The notes beneath the pieces are model-generated. The model was given only the letters and a program-made list of their open reading frames with translations, was not told the DNA's origin and did no database searches. A stretch of 63,208 bases of DNA, taken from the IMG/VR virus record IMGVR_UViG_3300017700_000880, positions 1-63,208 of that record; one strand, given 5' to 3'. The DNA is from a virus. Taxonomy: Duplodnaviria > Caudoviricetes. The first letter of the stretch is position 1, and every line of letters begins with the position of its first letter. A program made the position numbers and the translations under genes. Of the stretch, positions 28,929 through 37,299 are shown in pieces.

Positions 28929-29168
28929 CTGACCACCGCTGCGCCTGTAAGCCCCTAGCCTTTGGCGGGAATGGGACGGCGTGGCACCACTAGAACAGGC
29001 GCGACGGACGGATGTACTCCGCGCGCCCGTGAGGTACCGGCTAGGGACCGGTGCTGAATGGCGCGGCGCGCTTATCCCCTCGGGCTTTGCCCTAGCGCGC
29101 CGCGTTTTACTTCGCCCCGGCCGGGCCTTGCGGCCATTAACCAAATTTGTTAAACCTCTGCGGACGAT

Positions 29169-29205
29169 GCTGAACATGGGTTCAGCCGGCGCGCATGGCG
29201 TGCCG
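29169..29205 (+). promoter_or_regulatory. Tandem AUGG/AUG-loop hairpins in the scaffold leader
   Basis: gctgaac-ATGG-gttcagc; cggcgcgc-ATG-gcgtgccg. Confidence 0.55.
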
Positions 29206-29232
29206 CCAAATCGCACACGGAGGGACTCATAC

Positions 29233-30072
29233 ATGCTGTTGAAAATGATTATCGACCGTCTCGAAGACGTCGAGGAATCCGCGCGCCCGTTCTACGTTCA
29301 GAAGGGCGACAAGTTCGAACTGCAGGTCGAAGGCGCAAAGTCACAGGCGGACATCGACCGCCTCAATACTTCGCTGACCAAGGAGCGTGCCGACCACGCC
29401 AAGACCAAGGAGACGCTCAAGACGGCAACCGCAACGCTGACCACTTTCGAAGGGCTCGACCCCGAGGAGGTGCACGCGAAGCTCGCCGAGTACGACACGC
29501 TCAAGGCATCGGTCGGCGCAACGCCGGACGCCGCCAAGACGGCCGAACTCATCCGTGCCGGCGTCGAAGCGCAACTCAAGACCAAAACTGGTCCGCTGGA
29601 GCGCGAAATCAAAAACCTCAAGGCCGCCGCCGAATCGGCTGTGACCGAGAACGCAACGCTCAAGACGCAAATCACGTCGCGCACCATCGACGACGCGCTT
29701 CGCACGGCGGCGCTGAACGCCAAGGTCAACCCGGCGGCGCTCGATGACTTCCTTGCGGTCGGCCGCGCCAACTTCGAAGTCGCCGAAGATGGCAAGGTCA
29801 TCAGCAAGGACGGCATCGACCCGAATGCGTGGGTGACCGACCAGAAGAAGGCGCGTCCGCACTTCTGGCCTGTGGCGACCGGCGCTGGCGCGCAGGGTGC
29901 ACAGGGCGGCGACGGCAATGGCGGCCCGAATCCGTTCTCGGCCGAAGGCTGGAACGTTACGGCGCAGGGCAAGCTGGTCTCGACCGACCGCCCGGCCGCC
30001 GAGAACATGGCCAAGGCCGCCGGCACCACCATCGGCGGGCCGCGCCCGGTGCCGAAGGCAAAGGCCGCCTAA
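29233..30072 (+). CDS. Capsid scaffolding protein
   Basis: Coiled coil; PHFWP..GAGAQG..NPFS..WNVTAQG; precedes the capsid gene. Confidence 0.85.
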   Translation: MLLKMIIDRLEDVEESARPFYVQKGDKFELQVEGAKSQADIDRLNTSLTKERADHAKTKETLKTATATLTTFEGLDPEEVHAKLAEYDTLKASVGATPDAAKTAELIRAGVEAQLKTKTGPLEREIKNLKAAAESAVTENATLKTQITSRTIDDALRTAALNAKVNPAALDDFLAVGRANFEVAEDGKVISKDGIDPNAWVTDQKKARPHFWPVATGAGAQGAQGGDGNGGPNPFSAEGWNVTAQGKLVSTDRPAAENMAKAAGTTIGGPRPVPKAKAA

Positions 30073-30100
30073 GCTTCCAAGGCGGTTCGCAAACATAGAC

Positions 30101-30128
30101 GGCGGGGCCAAAAGCCCCGCCGTTATTG
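30101..30128 (+). terminator. Stem-loop after the scaffold gene
   Basis: ggcggggc-caaaa-gccccgcc then gttatt. Confidence 0.5.
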
Positions 30129-30233
30129 CGTCGTGGGGCGGTTCTCAGGCCCCGCCGGGGCGGCCAAAAGAATCTTCCGGCGCACGCTTGACGCCCTCCC
30201 CTCGGGCATAGTAAACAGGCTGCAGACGATAAC

Positions 30234-30314
30234 GATGGCATGGGCCATCACGCTGGCAATGAGCCGCGACCGTCGCATAAAGGCAAACCCGAAGACCCGG
30301 CGCACATGGTGCGC
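30234..30314 (+). promoter_or_regulatory. AUGG/AUG-loop hairpins in the capsid leader
   Basis: gatggc-ATGG-gccatc; gcgcac-ATG-gtgcgc. Confidence 0.55.
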
Positions 30315-30364
30315 AGAGGATACGGACCCGGCCTTGCACCCCATCAACGCAAAGGAGGCTCACC

Positions 30365-31390
30365 ATGGCCGTTGTTCGCATCTCGGACGTCATCGTCCCC
30401 GAAGTTTTTTCGCCCTACGCGCAGCAAATCACCGAAGAGAAGTCGGCGCTCGTGCAGAGCGGTGCGCTCGTTCGTGACGGCGCGCTCGACCAGAAGCTGG
30501 CCGGCGGCGGTCTCACGTTTCAGGTCCCCTCGTGGAAGGACCTTGCCAACGAAGAAGAGAACGTTGGCACCGACGACCCGACCGACCTGTCCTCGCCGAA
30601 GAATACCGGCAGCGGCAAGGAAATCGCCGTGCGCCTGAGCCGCAACCAGTCGTGGTCGACCATGAACTTGGCGACCGTGCTGAGCGGCGACGACCCGGCC
30701 GGTGCCATTGCCGCGCGTGTCGGCAACTACTGGACTCTCCGCATGCAGGCCGCCTATGTGGCGGCGGTGCGCGGCCTGTTCCGTAACAACGACAAGGCGT
30801 CTCCCGGTGGCGGTGCCACGCAGTACGACCTGACCAACGACATTTCGTCGACCAGCTATACGGCCGGCGTCACCGACTTCAACGCCAGCGCCTTCATCGA
30901 CGCCTGCGTTACCATGGGCGACTCGATGGGCGACCTGACCTTGGTCATGGTGCACTCGCTCGTTTACGCGCGCATGCAGAAGAACAACCTCATCGACTTC
31001 ATCCCCGATGCCGATGGCAAGGTGAACATCCCGACTTTCCTTGGCCGCCGCGTGGTCATGGACGACGGCGTGCCGTTCAACGGCGGCGTCTTCGAAACGT
31101 GGCTGTTCGGTTCCGGCGCGGTGCGCCTCGGCGTTGGTTCGCCGGAAGTGCCGACCGAGACCAAGCGTGCGCCCGATTCCGGCAACGGCTCGGGGCAGGA
31201 TACCCTGTACAACCGCGTCGAGTGGGTGCTTCACCCGACCGGCCACAAGTACGCCGGCACCCCGGCGTCCGGCGGGCCGAGCAACGCCAACTCGACGAAC
31301 AACCTCGCTCACGCCGATTCGTGGGAGCGGGTGTACCCGGAGCGCAAGCAGATTAAGATTGCGCGCCTCATCACCCGCGAATTCGCGTAA
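30365..31390 (+). CDS. Major capsid protein
   Basis: RISDVIVPEVFSPY, MVHSLVY, FLGRRVVMDD, WVLHPTG; strong RBS. Confidence 0.92.
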   Translation: MAVVRISDVIVPEVFSPYAQQITEEKSALVQSGALVRDGALDQKLAGGGLTFQVPSWKDLANEEENVGTDDPTDLSSPKNTGSGKEIAVRLSRNQSWSTMNLATVLSGDDPAGAIAARVGNYWTLRMQAAYVAAVRGLFRNNDKASPGGGATQYDLTNDISSTSYTAGVTDFNASAFIDACVTMGDSMGDLTLVMVHSLVYARMQKNNLIDFIPDADGKVNIPTFLGRRVVMDDGVPFNGGVFETWLFGSGAVRLGVGSPEVPTETKRAPDSGNGSGQDTLYNRVEWVLHPTGHKYAGTPASGGPSNANSTNNLAHADSWERVYPERKQIKIARLITREFA

Positions 31391-31418
31391 GCGAACGGCG
31401 GCAATCTGGAATGTTACC

Positions 31419-31442
31419 GGGCGGCGACTTCGGTCGCCGCCC
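31419..31442 (+). terminator. UUCG-tetraloop hairpin after the capsid gene
   Basis: gggcggcgac-TTCG-gtcgccgccc; no U tract. Confidence 0.5.
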
Positions 31443-31523
31443 AACTGGATACCAGCGCAGGCAAAGCGCAGCACATTAGCCCCGCGATGCGGGATATTTT
31501 GAACAACGAGAAGGAGAGTCCTC

Positions 31524-32051
31524 ATGTATGGTTCAACCCCGACCCGCGAGGGTGTTACCGCTCACGAGACCGGCCACGGCAAGACCCGGCGCACGGTCCT
31601 CAAGTTCGATGAAGTGGTCGTTCCGCTCATCGGCGATGCTTCGCACAGCGCGCGTCTCGCGCTCAAGGTCTACGACTTCCCCGAGGGTCTCATCACCATC
31701 AAGGGCGCGGTCGTGAACCTTTCGGCCACCGACGACACCGCTGCGGTCACCGATACGCAGGCCGGCTTCACTGGCCTCGGCACTGTTGCCGCCGCGCAGG
31801 ATGCCGACACGCTGGCGACCACGACTCAGAACCTCGCGACCACGACCGCGTTCACTGCCGTCGCTGGCGTGATTCCGGCCAAGGCCGCCGGCCCGGCCGC
31901 GCCCGTCAACTTCGACGGTACCGGTGGAGCCATCGACGTCTATCTGAACATGCTCGCCACCGCAGTCGGTACGGCGGTCGGTTCGGCGGCGACGAACCTG
32001 ACGCTCAACGGCACCATCGAAATCAATTGGGAAGAAGTCGGCGACAAGTAA
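31524..32051 (+). CDS. Putative head decoration protein
   Basis: Ala/Thr/Gly beta-rich; follows the capsid gene; RBS AAGGAG. Confidence 0.6.
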   Translation: MYGSTPTREGVTAHETGHGKTRRTVLKFDEVVVPLIGDASHSARLALKVYDFPEGLITIKGAVVNLSATDDTAAVTDTQAGFTGLGTVAAAQDADTLATTTQNLATTTAFTAVAGVIPAKAAGPAAPVNFDGTGGAIDVYLNMLATAVGTAVGSAATNLTLNGTIEINWEEVGDK

Positions 32052-32075
32052 TTCGCAGGCGCCTCAATAGCTATC

Positions 32076-32099
32076 GGGAGTCGCGGCAACGCGACTCCC
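32076..32099 (+). terminator. GNRA-tetraloop hairpin
   Basis: gggagtcgcg-GCAA-cgcgactccc. Confidence 0.5.
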
Positions 32100-32148
32100 C
32101 AATTAACCCGGCCAACGAGCCGAGCAATTCCTCAGAAGGAGGCCCGCC

Positions 32149-32994
32149 ATGCGTATCCCGTCCATGAACTATCTCCGTCATCGCACCTTTGCCCGCGTCC
32201 GCCGGTCGAAGAAGCTGATCGAATTCCTTGCCGCGCAAGACACCCGCCTCACCTCCAGCGCCAGCGCAACCACGGTCGACTCGGTCGACGTCGCGGCCAT
32301 TGCGGCGGTCGGCACCCTTACGTTCGGTGCCAACGCGCTGAACAACTCCACCGTCACGCTCGACGCGCGCGTGTACACGTACAAGGACACGCTGACCGGC
32401 GCGGCGAACGAAATTCTCGTCGGTGCCAGCGCCTCGGCTTCGCTGGACAACCTCATCTCCGCCGTTAACGGCACCGCTGGCGCTGGTACGACTTACGGCA
32501 CCGGCACCGTCGCGCATGCCACCGTCGACGCGGCGGCCGGCGCTGGCGATACGGCCACGATGACGGCGACCACCGCCGGCACCGCTGGCAACAGCATCGC
32601 AACCACGACCACCGTTGTCTCCGCCTCGTTTGGCGGCAACTCGCTGGTCGGCGGCGCGGCGGCCACCTTCGGCCCGACCTTTGCGGCGACCACGCACGGC
32701 ATCACTGACGGCGAAGGCCCTTACGTGATGACTTCCTCGAACGGCGCAGGCGGCCTCCCGGCCGGCATCGCCGCCGGGGAGTTGCTGTACGTCGCCAACG
32801 TGAGCGCTTCCGTCCTCGGGCTGGCGCGCACCCGAGAGGAGGCCATCGCCCGCGACTACATTCAAATCACGAGCGCCGGTACCGGCACCCTCACCATTAC
32901 GAAGGCCATGACCAACGCGGGAATCTTCGGTATCCTGCGCCGGCACAAGGCCCGCACCGTGGTCGCGGCGGCCGACATCGATTCGCTGAACTAA
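32149..32994 (+). CDS. Virion structural protein sharing a domain with the major tail protein
   Basis: GTLT..ANEI.VGA..S.DNLI.A.N..GNSIATTT also in 37300-39195. Confidence 0.7.
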   Translation: MRIPSMNYLRHRTFARVRRSKKLIEFLAAQDTRLTSSASATTVDSVDVAAIAAVGTLTFGANALNNSTVTLDARVYTYKDTLTGAANEILVGASASASLDNLISAVNGTAGAGTTYGTGTVAHATVDAAAGAGDTATMTATTAGTAGNSIATTTTVVSASFGGNSLVGGAAATFGPTFAATTHGITDGEGPYVMTSSNGAGGLPAGIAAGELLYVANVSASVLGLARTREEAIARDYIQITSAGTGTLTITKAMTNAGIFGILRRHKARTVVAAADIDSLN

Positions 32995-33003
32995 GGAGCC
33001 AAG

Positions 33004-33237
33004 ATGGCAAACGCACGGGCTGCGGCCCTGTACTTCGCGCGCAAGCGCCGCCGGCAACGGTCGGTCATTGCATGGGAAGAGGGGCAGGACATTTTGGTCA
33101 GCATGCAACGCAAAAACGCGGGGCATCTGTACTGTGCATCGACCGAAGGCGTATCCGGCGCAAGCGCGCCAACGCACACGGAAGGCACCGTCAGCGATGG
33201 CGGTGTCGATTGGACTTTTGTTAGCGTCTTCCCATAA
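33004..33237 (+). CDS. Small virion protein with a carbohydrate-binding-like module
   Basis: LYCASTEGVSGASAPTHTEGTVSDGGVDW. Confidence 0.6.
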   Translation: MANARAAALYFARKRRRQRSVIAWEEGQDILVSMQRKNAGHLYCASTEGVSGASAPTHTEGTVSDGGVDWTFVSVFP

Positions 33238-33294
33238 CGGTTTCGCGGGGTCCGCCCTCCTCCCTTCGAACCGTTGCCCGGCCCGTGAGTAGCC

Positions 33295-33324
33295 TTGCGG
33301 GCCGGGCGTTTCTTCTGCTATAAC
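33295..33324 (+). promoter_or_regulatory. Sigma70-like promoter
   Basis: TTGCGG-N18-TATAAC with TG extension. Confidence 0.55.
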
Positions 33325-33350
33325 CGAGGGCACACTAAGGAGGCACAATC

Positions 33351-33725
33351 ATGTCCGATTCATCCGTCTATGTCGGCGACAAGTTGCTCAACTGGATTAA
33401 GGGCACGGCAATGGGCACAGCCCCGACGACCGTGTACGCCTCGCTCTGGAACGGCGACCCCGACGCGGCCGGCACCGAAGTCACGCAGAGCATCTCGCTC
33501 ACGCGCCAGCCCATCACCTTCGGCTCGGTCACCGCGCGCGCAATGTCGAACAGCGGCGCGCTTGCCTTCGACAACTCCAGCGGTTCGGGGTCGGTGACTT
33601 ATGTGGCGCTGTATGACTCCGCCACGGCCGGCAATCAGATTTGCAAAAAGGCCATCTCGACCGTGTCGATTACGAACGGCCTCGCCGTGCAAATCGCCAG
33701 CGGAAACTTGACGCTCTCGTACTAA
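33351..33725 (+). CDS. Fibre-associated structural protein
   Basis: VYASLWNGDP..TEV..RQPITF..VTYVALYDSATAGN. Confidence 0.7.
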   Translation: MSDSSVYVGDKLLNWIKGTAMGTAPTTVYASLWNGDPDAAGTEVTQSISLTRQPITFGSVTARAMSNSGALAFDNSSGSGSVTYVALYDSATAGNQICKKAISTVSITNGLAVQIASGNLTLSY

Positions 33726-33742
33726 GCCCCGGAGGGCGCACC

Positions 33743-34945
33743 GTGGACATCAATTCGAATCCATGGACGGCGGACAATTGGAACATCACCGAGCAAGGTA
33801 AGTTCCTGCGTCTGTTCGGCAAAAAGTTGGCGTCCATCAAAGCCAATGAAGCGGGGACGACTCTCGGTGGTCCCCGCCCCGTGAAAATCCAGAAGGGCGA
33901 GCGCGGTCCTCGTGGTCGCCCCGGCGGCCCCGGCCCGCGTGGTCGGCCCGGCCGCGACGGACTCATCCAAGTTGTCGGCTTGTCTTTCATGGTCGGCTTC
34001 ACCTTCGGCAACGATGTGAACGTGTTCGTCGACGACGGCAACGACTTCAATGACCTGAACCTCAACTTTAACATGGGTGCGGACCTTGCGCAGGACTTGC
34101 GCCTCGCGTTGCCGTTCAACGCTGACCCGGCCATCGGCTTCCACATGGCGGCGACCATCTCGCGCTTTAAGGACGTCGGCAACATTGGATTCACGTTCGG
34201 CAACGACCTTGCGGCTAACGTCGAGGCGAACTTCCTCATCGATGCCGGCACCTTCGCCCTCGGGTTCGACCAGAATCAGTCGACCATCGACCAAGGCGTT
34301 GGCGCAACGAATAACAATATGGGCCTCTCGATGAACGTCGTCATGGGGCAACCGCCGGCCTATGTGAACGCCGGTACGTGGACTCAGTCGGTCACCGTGA
34401 CCAGTTATAACCCGCCGCTCCCCGGCTCGCGCGTGAATGGCAACCTCTTGATTGCGTACTTCGCCGCAAACAATTCGAAAATCATTACTATCAGCGGCGG
34501 ATGGACGATGCTGCAGAACGACACGAACGTCGACTTCATTGTTGCGTATCGTTATGTCGACGGCACCGAAGCCGCGCCTAGCTTCCAGTTTGTCGGCGGC
34601 GGTACGCTGACTTGTCAGGGTCAGGTGCTTCAGTTCAGCGGCGCGGCGGCCACTGGCGCGTTCGGCACGTTGAGCACGCAAACCGGCAACTCGGCGACGA
34701 TGGCGCACACCGGAATCACCACGACGAAGGGGCAAAGCCTTGTCCTTGCCATGTCCGCAATCTTGAACAACCAAGTCATCGGCGGCCCGCCGTCCGGCTG
34801 GAATACGGAGTCAGGCGGCAACGGAGTATGGTCGACCCGAACGTGGGATAAGGCTGTGGTCGTCGCCGGGTCGAGTGGTTCGCTTTCACAAGCGGTCACG
34901 ACCGGCGTGTGGCGCGTGTCGCTGCTGGAGATTAAGAGTCCGTAA
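33743..34945 (+). CDS. Collagen-repeat fibre protein
   Basis: GTG start after GGAGG; GERGPRGRPGGPGPRGRPGRDG; GFTFGND twice; C-terminal beta domain. Confidence 0.7.
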   Translation: MDINSNPWTADNWNITEQGKFLRLFGKKLASIKANEAGTTLGGPRPVKIQKGERGPRGRPGGPGPRGRPGRDGLIQVVGLSFMVGFTFGNDVNVFVDDGNDFNDLNLNFNMGADLAQDLRLALPFNADPAIGFHMAATISRFKDVGNIGFTFGNDLAANVEANFLIDAGTFALGFDQNQSTIDQGVGATNNNMGLSMNVVMGQPPAYVNAGTWTQSVTVTSYNPPLPGSRVNGNLLIAYFAANNSKIITISGGWTMLQNDTNVDFIVAYRYVDGTEAAPSFQFVGGGTLTCQGQVLQFSGAAATGAFGTLSTQTGNSATMAHTGITTTKGQSLVLAMSAILNNQVIGGPPSGWNTESGGNGVWSTRTWDKAVVVAGSSGSLSQAVTTGVWRVSLLEIKSP

Positions 34946-34974
34946 AAGCAAGGAACATGCGCCTTTTAGGAGCG

Positions 34975-35004
34975 TTGCTCCTTGTGCTGTAGAAGTGCTA
35001 TAAC
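34975..35004 (+). promoter_or_regulatory. Sigma70-like promoter
   Basis: TTGCTC-N18-TATAAC with TG extension. Confidence 0.55.
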
Positions 35005-35031
35005 CTTTTCATCAACTGGAGGACCAAATAC

Positions 35032-35775
35032 ATGTCGAACAATCAGAATCAGAACAAGGTTGCCGCTGCCAGCGGCCAGCAATTGAAGATGGACGTCAAA
35101 CTCGACGCCGTCCCGGCGAACGCCGAAAAGATTATCGCGGCGCTGGAAAGCATGGACCACTCCGACGTCGGTCAGTGGAACACCGACAAGACTCCGAACC
35201 TCATCGTGGTCCGCCGTATGAGCGGCCTTGCCGATATCACCGACGCCGATATCGCCGCCGCCGCGCCGGGATACCTGCGCGACTTCGCCGAGCCCGAGGC
35301 TGACCCCGACGCCGGCAAGGCGGAAGGCATCGGCGAAGGCAAGCCGGACGAGGAAGTCGAACGGCCGTCACCGGAAGCGATTCAGGGACAGGTCAAGGAC
35401 GCGCGCAGCGAAGTTGAACGGCTCACGCCGGTCATCGAAAAGATGCAGGCCGAAATCTCGAAGGCCAACGACGCGGTCGCCGCGCTTCAGAAGGAACGCG
35501 ACGTGCACCTTCAGGTCATCAACCGCGAAGACAAGAGCGGCAAGCTGACCGACGCCATCAAGCGTTATCAGGCGAACAACCTCGCCGAGGCGCACAAGCG
35601 CGCGGGTGCGATTCAGAAGTTGAACGCGCACCTCACGGAAGCCGGCCAGCCGGTGGTCCAAGGGTTGTCGCCTCTCGACCAGTCGCTCCGCCGCAAGCAG
35701 GGCAACACTGGCGAGGTGCGGAAGCCGACGCCGATGATTCAGGGCGGCGCAGTTTCAGAAGCGAAGACCAAGTAA
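35032..35775 (+). CDS. Coiled-coil protein in the head-neck region
   Basis: IIAALESMD....WNTDKTPNL; heptads; RBS GGAGG. Confidence 0.65.
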   Translation: MSNNQNQNKVAAASGQQLKMDVKLDAVPANAEKIIAALESMDHSDVGQWNTDKTPNLIVVRRMSGLADITDADIAAAAPGYLRDFAEPEADPDAGKAEGIGEGKPDEEVERPSPEAIQGQVKDARSEVERLTPVIEKMQAEISKANDAVAALQKERDVHLQVINREDKSGKLTDAIKRYQANNLAEAHKRAGAIQKLNAHLTEAGQPVVQGLSPLDQSLRRKQGNTGEVRKPTPMIQGGAVSEAKTK

Positions 35776-35808
35776 GACCGCCCCGGCGGTCGCAAGCAAG
35801 GAGCTACC

Positions 35809-35961
35809 ATGTCGCGCAGTAAGAGGCACAGCCGGGATGAAGATGAATCGGAAGAGGCAATCGACCGATTTAAGGAACGACGAAACGCGCGCCAGCGGAA
35901 GGCCGGCGCGCGTGAGGATAACGAAGAGGGCAAAGATGATAGGAGTCGCCGATGGCGCTGA
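35809..35961 (+). CDS. 50-aa highly charged protein
   Basis: RBS AAGGAG; fills the gap. Confidence 0.45.
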   Translation: MSRSKRHSRDEDESEEAIDRFKERRNARQRKAGAREDNEEGKDDRSRRWR

Positions 35962-36482
35962 CGGTTCAAAATGATGCAGGGACGGTGGTGAACGCCAATG
36001 GCTACATCACCGTCGCCGAATTCAAGGCGTACCACGACGACCGTGGCAACTCCTACGGCGCGGACTCCGATGCGCTCATCGGCTCGTACATCGTGCGCGC
36101 CACCGACTACATCGACACGCGCTTCCGCTTCAGCGGCTCCAAGCTGGCCGATGGTCAGACGACTCAGGTGCCGCGCGCGGAAGTGTATGACGGCGCTGGC
36201 GTCCTCATCGAGGGCATCGTTACCGACATCAAAGCGGCGACCGCCGAGTACGCGCTCAAGGCCAAGACCGCGTCACTGTATCAGGATACGCCGGCACCGA
36301 CCGGCGGCCTTGCGGTCACGCGCAAAAAGGTCAAGGTCGACGTCATCGAAACCGAAACCGAATTCGCCTCCAGCGGCGCGGGGAGTCCCGGCGTTGCTGT
36401 AATCGGCGCTTACCCTCTCGCGGACGGGCTGGTCTACCGCAGCGGACTCGTCCTCTCGGGCCAACGCCGGACGATGCGATAA
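35952..36482 (+). CDS. Head-tail adaptor (DnaT-like family)
   Basis: ANGYITVAEFKAYH..RATDYID..KVDVIETE. Confidence 0.8.
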   Translation: MALTVQNDAGTVVNANGYITVAEFKAYHDDRGNSYGADSDALIGSYIVRATDYIDTRFRFSGSKLADGQTTQVPRAEVYDGAGVLIEGIVTDIKAATAEYALKAKTASLYQDTPAPTGGLAVTRKKVKVDVIETETEFASSGAGSPGVAVIGAYPLADGLVYRSGLVLSGQRRTMR

Positions 36483-36853
36483 TGACCGTTTATGACGACA
36501 TCCGCGCCGAGGCCATCCCGCTGATTAAGGAGATGGGACGGCCGTGCTATATGCTCACGAACACCGACGCCGCGCCGGTCGACACGACCAAGCCGTGGCG
36601 CGTTGGTACGGGCACCGTGTCCGCTGTTGCCGGCTCGTTCGTCGTGGTCGACGATAAGATGCCCGAGAAGGGCGAGGCAAATAAAATTTGCATCATCCCC
36701 GGCGACTTCTCCGTGGTGCCGGACGAAACGAAACGGATTCAGCTTGGCGAAAACGCGCAAGAGGTGTACGCCATTTCCGCCATCACAATTTATGCGCCAG
36801 ATGGAATCCCCATCGGCTGGAAAATGAGGCTCACGCTATGGCCGACATCGTAA
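36482..36853 (+). CDS. Head closure protein (putative)
   Basis: Position; YDDIRAEAIPLIKEMGR..KPW. Confidence 0.6.
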   Translation: MTVYDDIRAEAIPLIKEMGRPCYMLTNTDAAPVDTTKPWRVGTGTVSAVAGSFVVVDDKMPEKGEANKICIIPGDFSVVPDETKRIQLGENAQEVYAISAITIYAPDGIPIGWKMRLTLWPTS

Positions 36854-37284
36854 CAGCGACCGACGACATCTTGGCGGCGCTCCGCACGATTTGGCTTGCG
36901 GAGTCTCCGGCTATCGTTGGCTCGATGACCGCGCCGGTCTTGGTCTTCGAGGCGCTGGAAAAGGACTTGAAGCCGCACCCCAAGGACGGCTCAAAGGCAT
37001 GGGCACGGCTGACCGTGCGGCATGCCAGCGGCCGGGCCGCCGCGCTTGGAAACCGCCGATTCCGCCGCACCGGGACGGTGCATGTGCAGATTTTCGTACC
37101 GTTCAAGGACGGGTCCGCCTATACGGTGGCGCAGAGGCTTGCACGGGTAGCGCAAAAAGCCTATGAAGGGGAGCGCGCCGGGGCGGTGACTTTCAACTCT
37201 GTGGCCACCCCTGAGCGCGGCGTTGAGGGCTCGTGGTACCGCATCGATTGCCTTGCATCGTTTTCATGGGACGAAGTCAACTAA
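36838..37284 (+). CDS. Tail terminator (putative)
   Basis: WARLTVRH..RRFRRTGTVHVQIFVP. Confidence 0.75.
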   Translation: MADIVTATDDILAALRTIWLAESPAIVGSMTAPVLVFEALEKDLKPHPKDGSKAWARLTVRHASGRAAALGNRRFRRTGTVHVQIFVPFKDGSAYTVAQRLARVAQKAYEGERAGAVTFNSVATPERGVEGSWYRIDCLASFSWDEVN

Positions 37285-37299
37285 AGGGAGACCGCAACT

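Noticed and set aside
30073-30364. tRNA or a known ncRNA in the larger intergenic regions
   Set aside because: No cloverleaf or T-loop consensus seen; only local hairpins
32049-32151. Stop-codon readthrough fusing 31524 to 32149
   Set aside because: The two genes are in different frames and there is no slippery site
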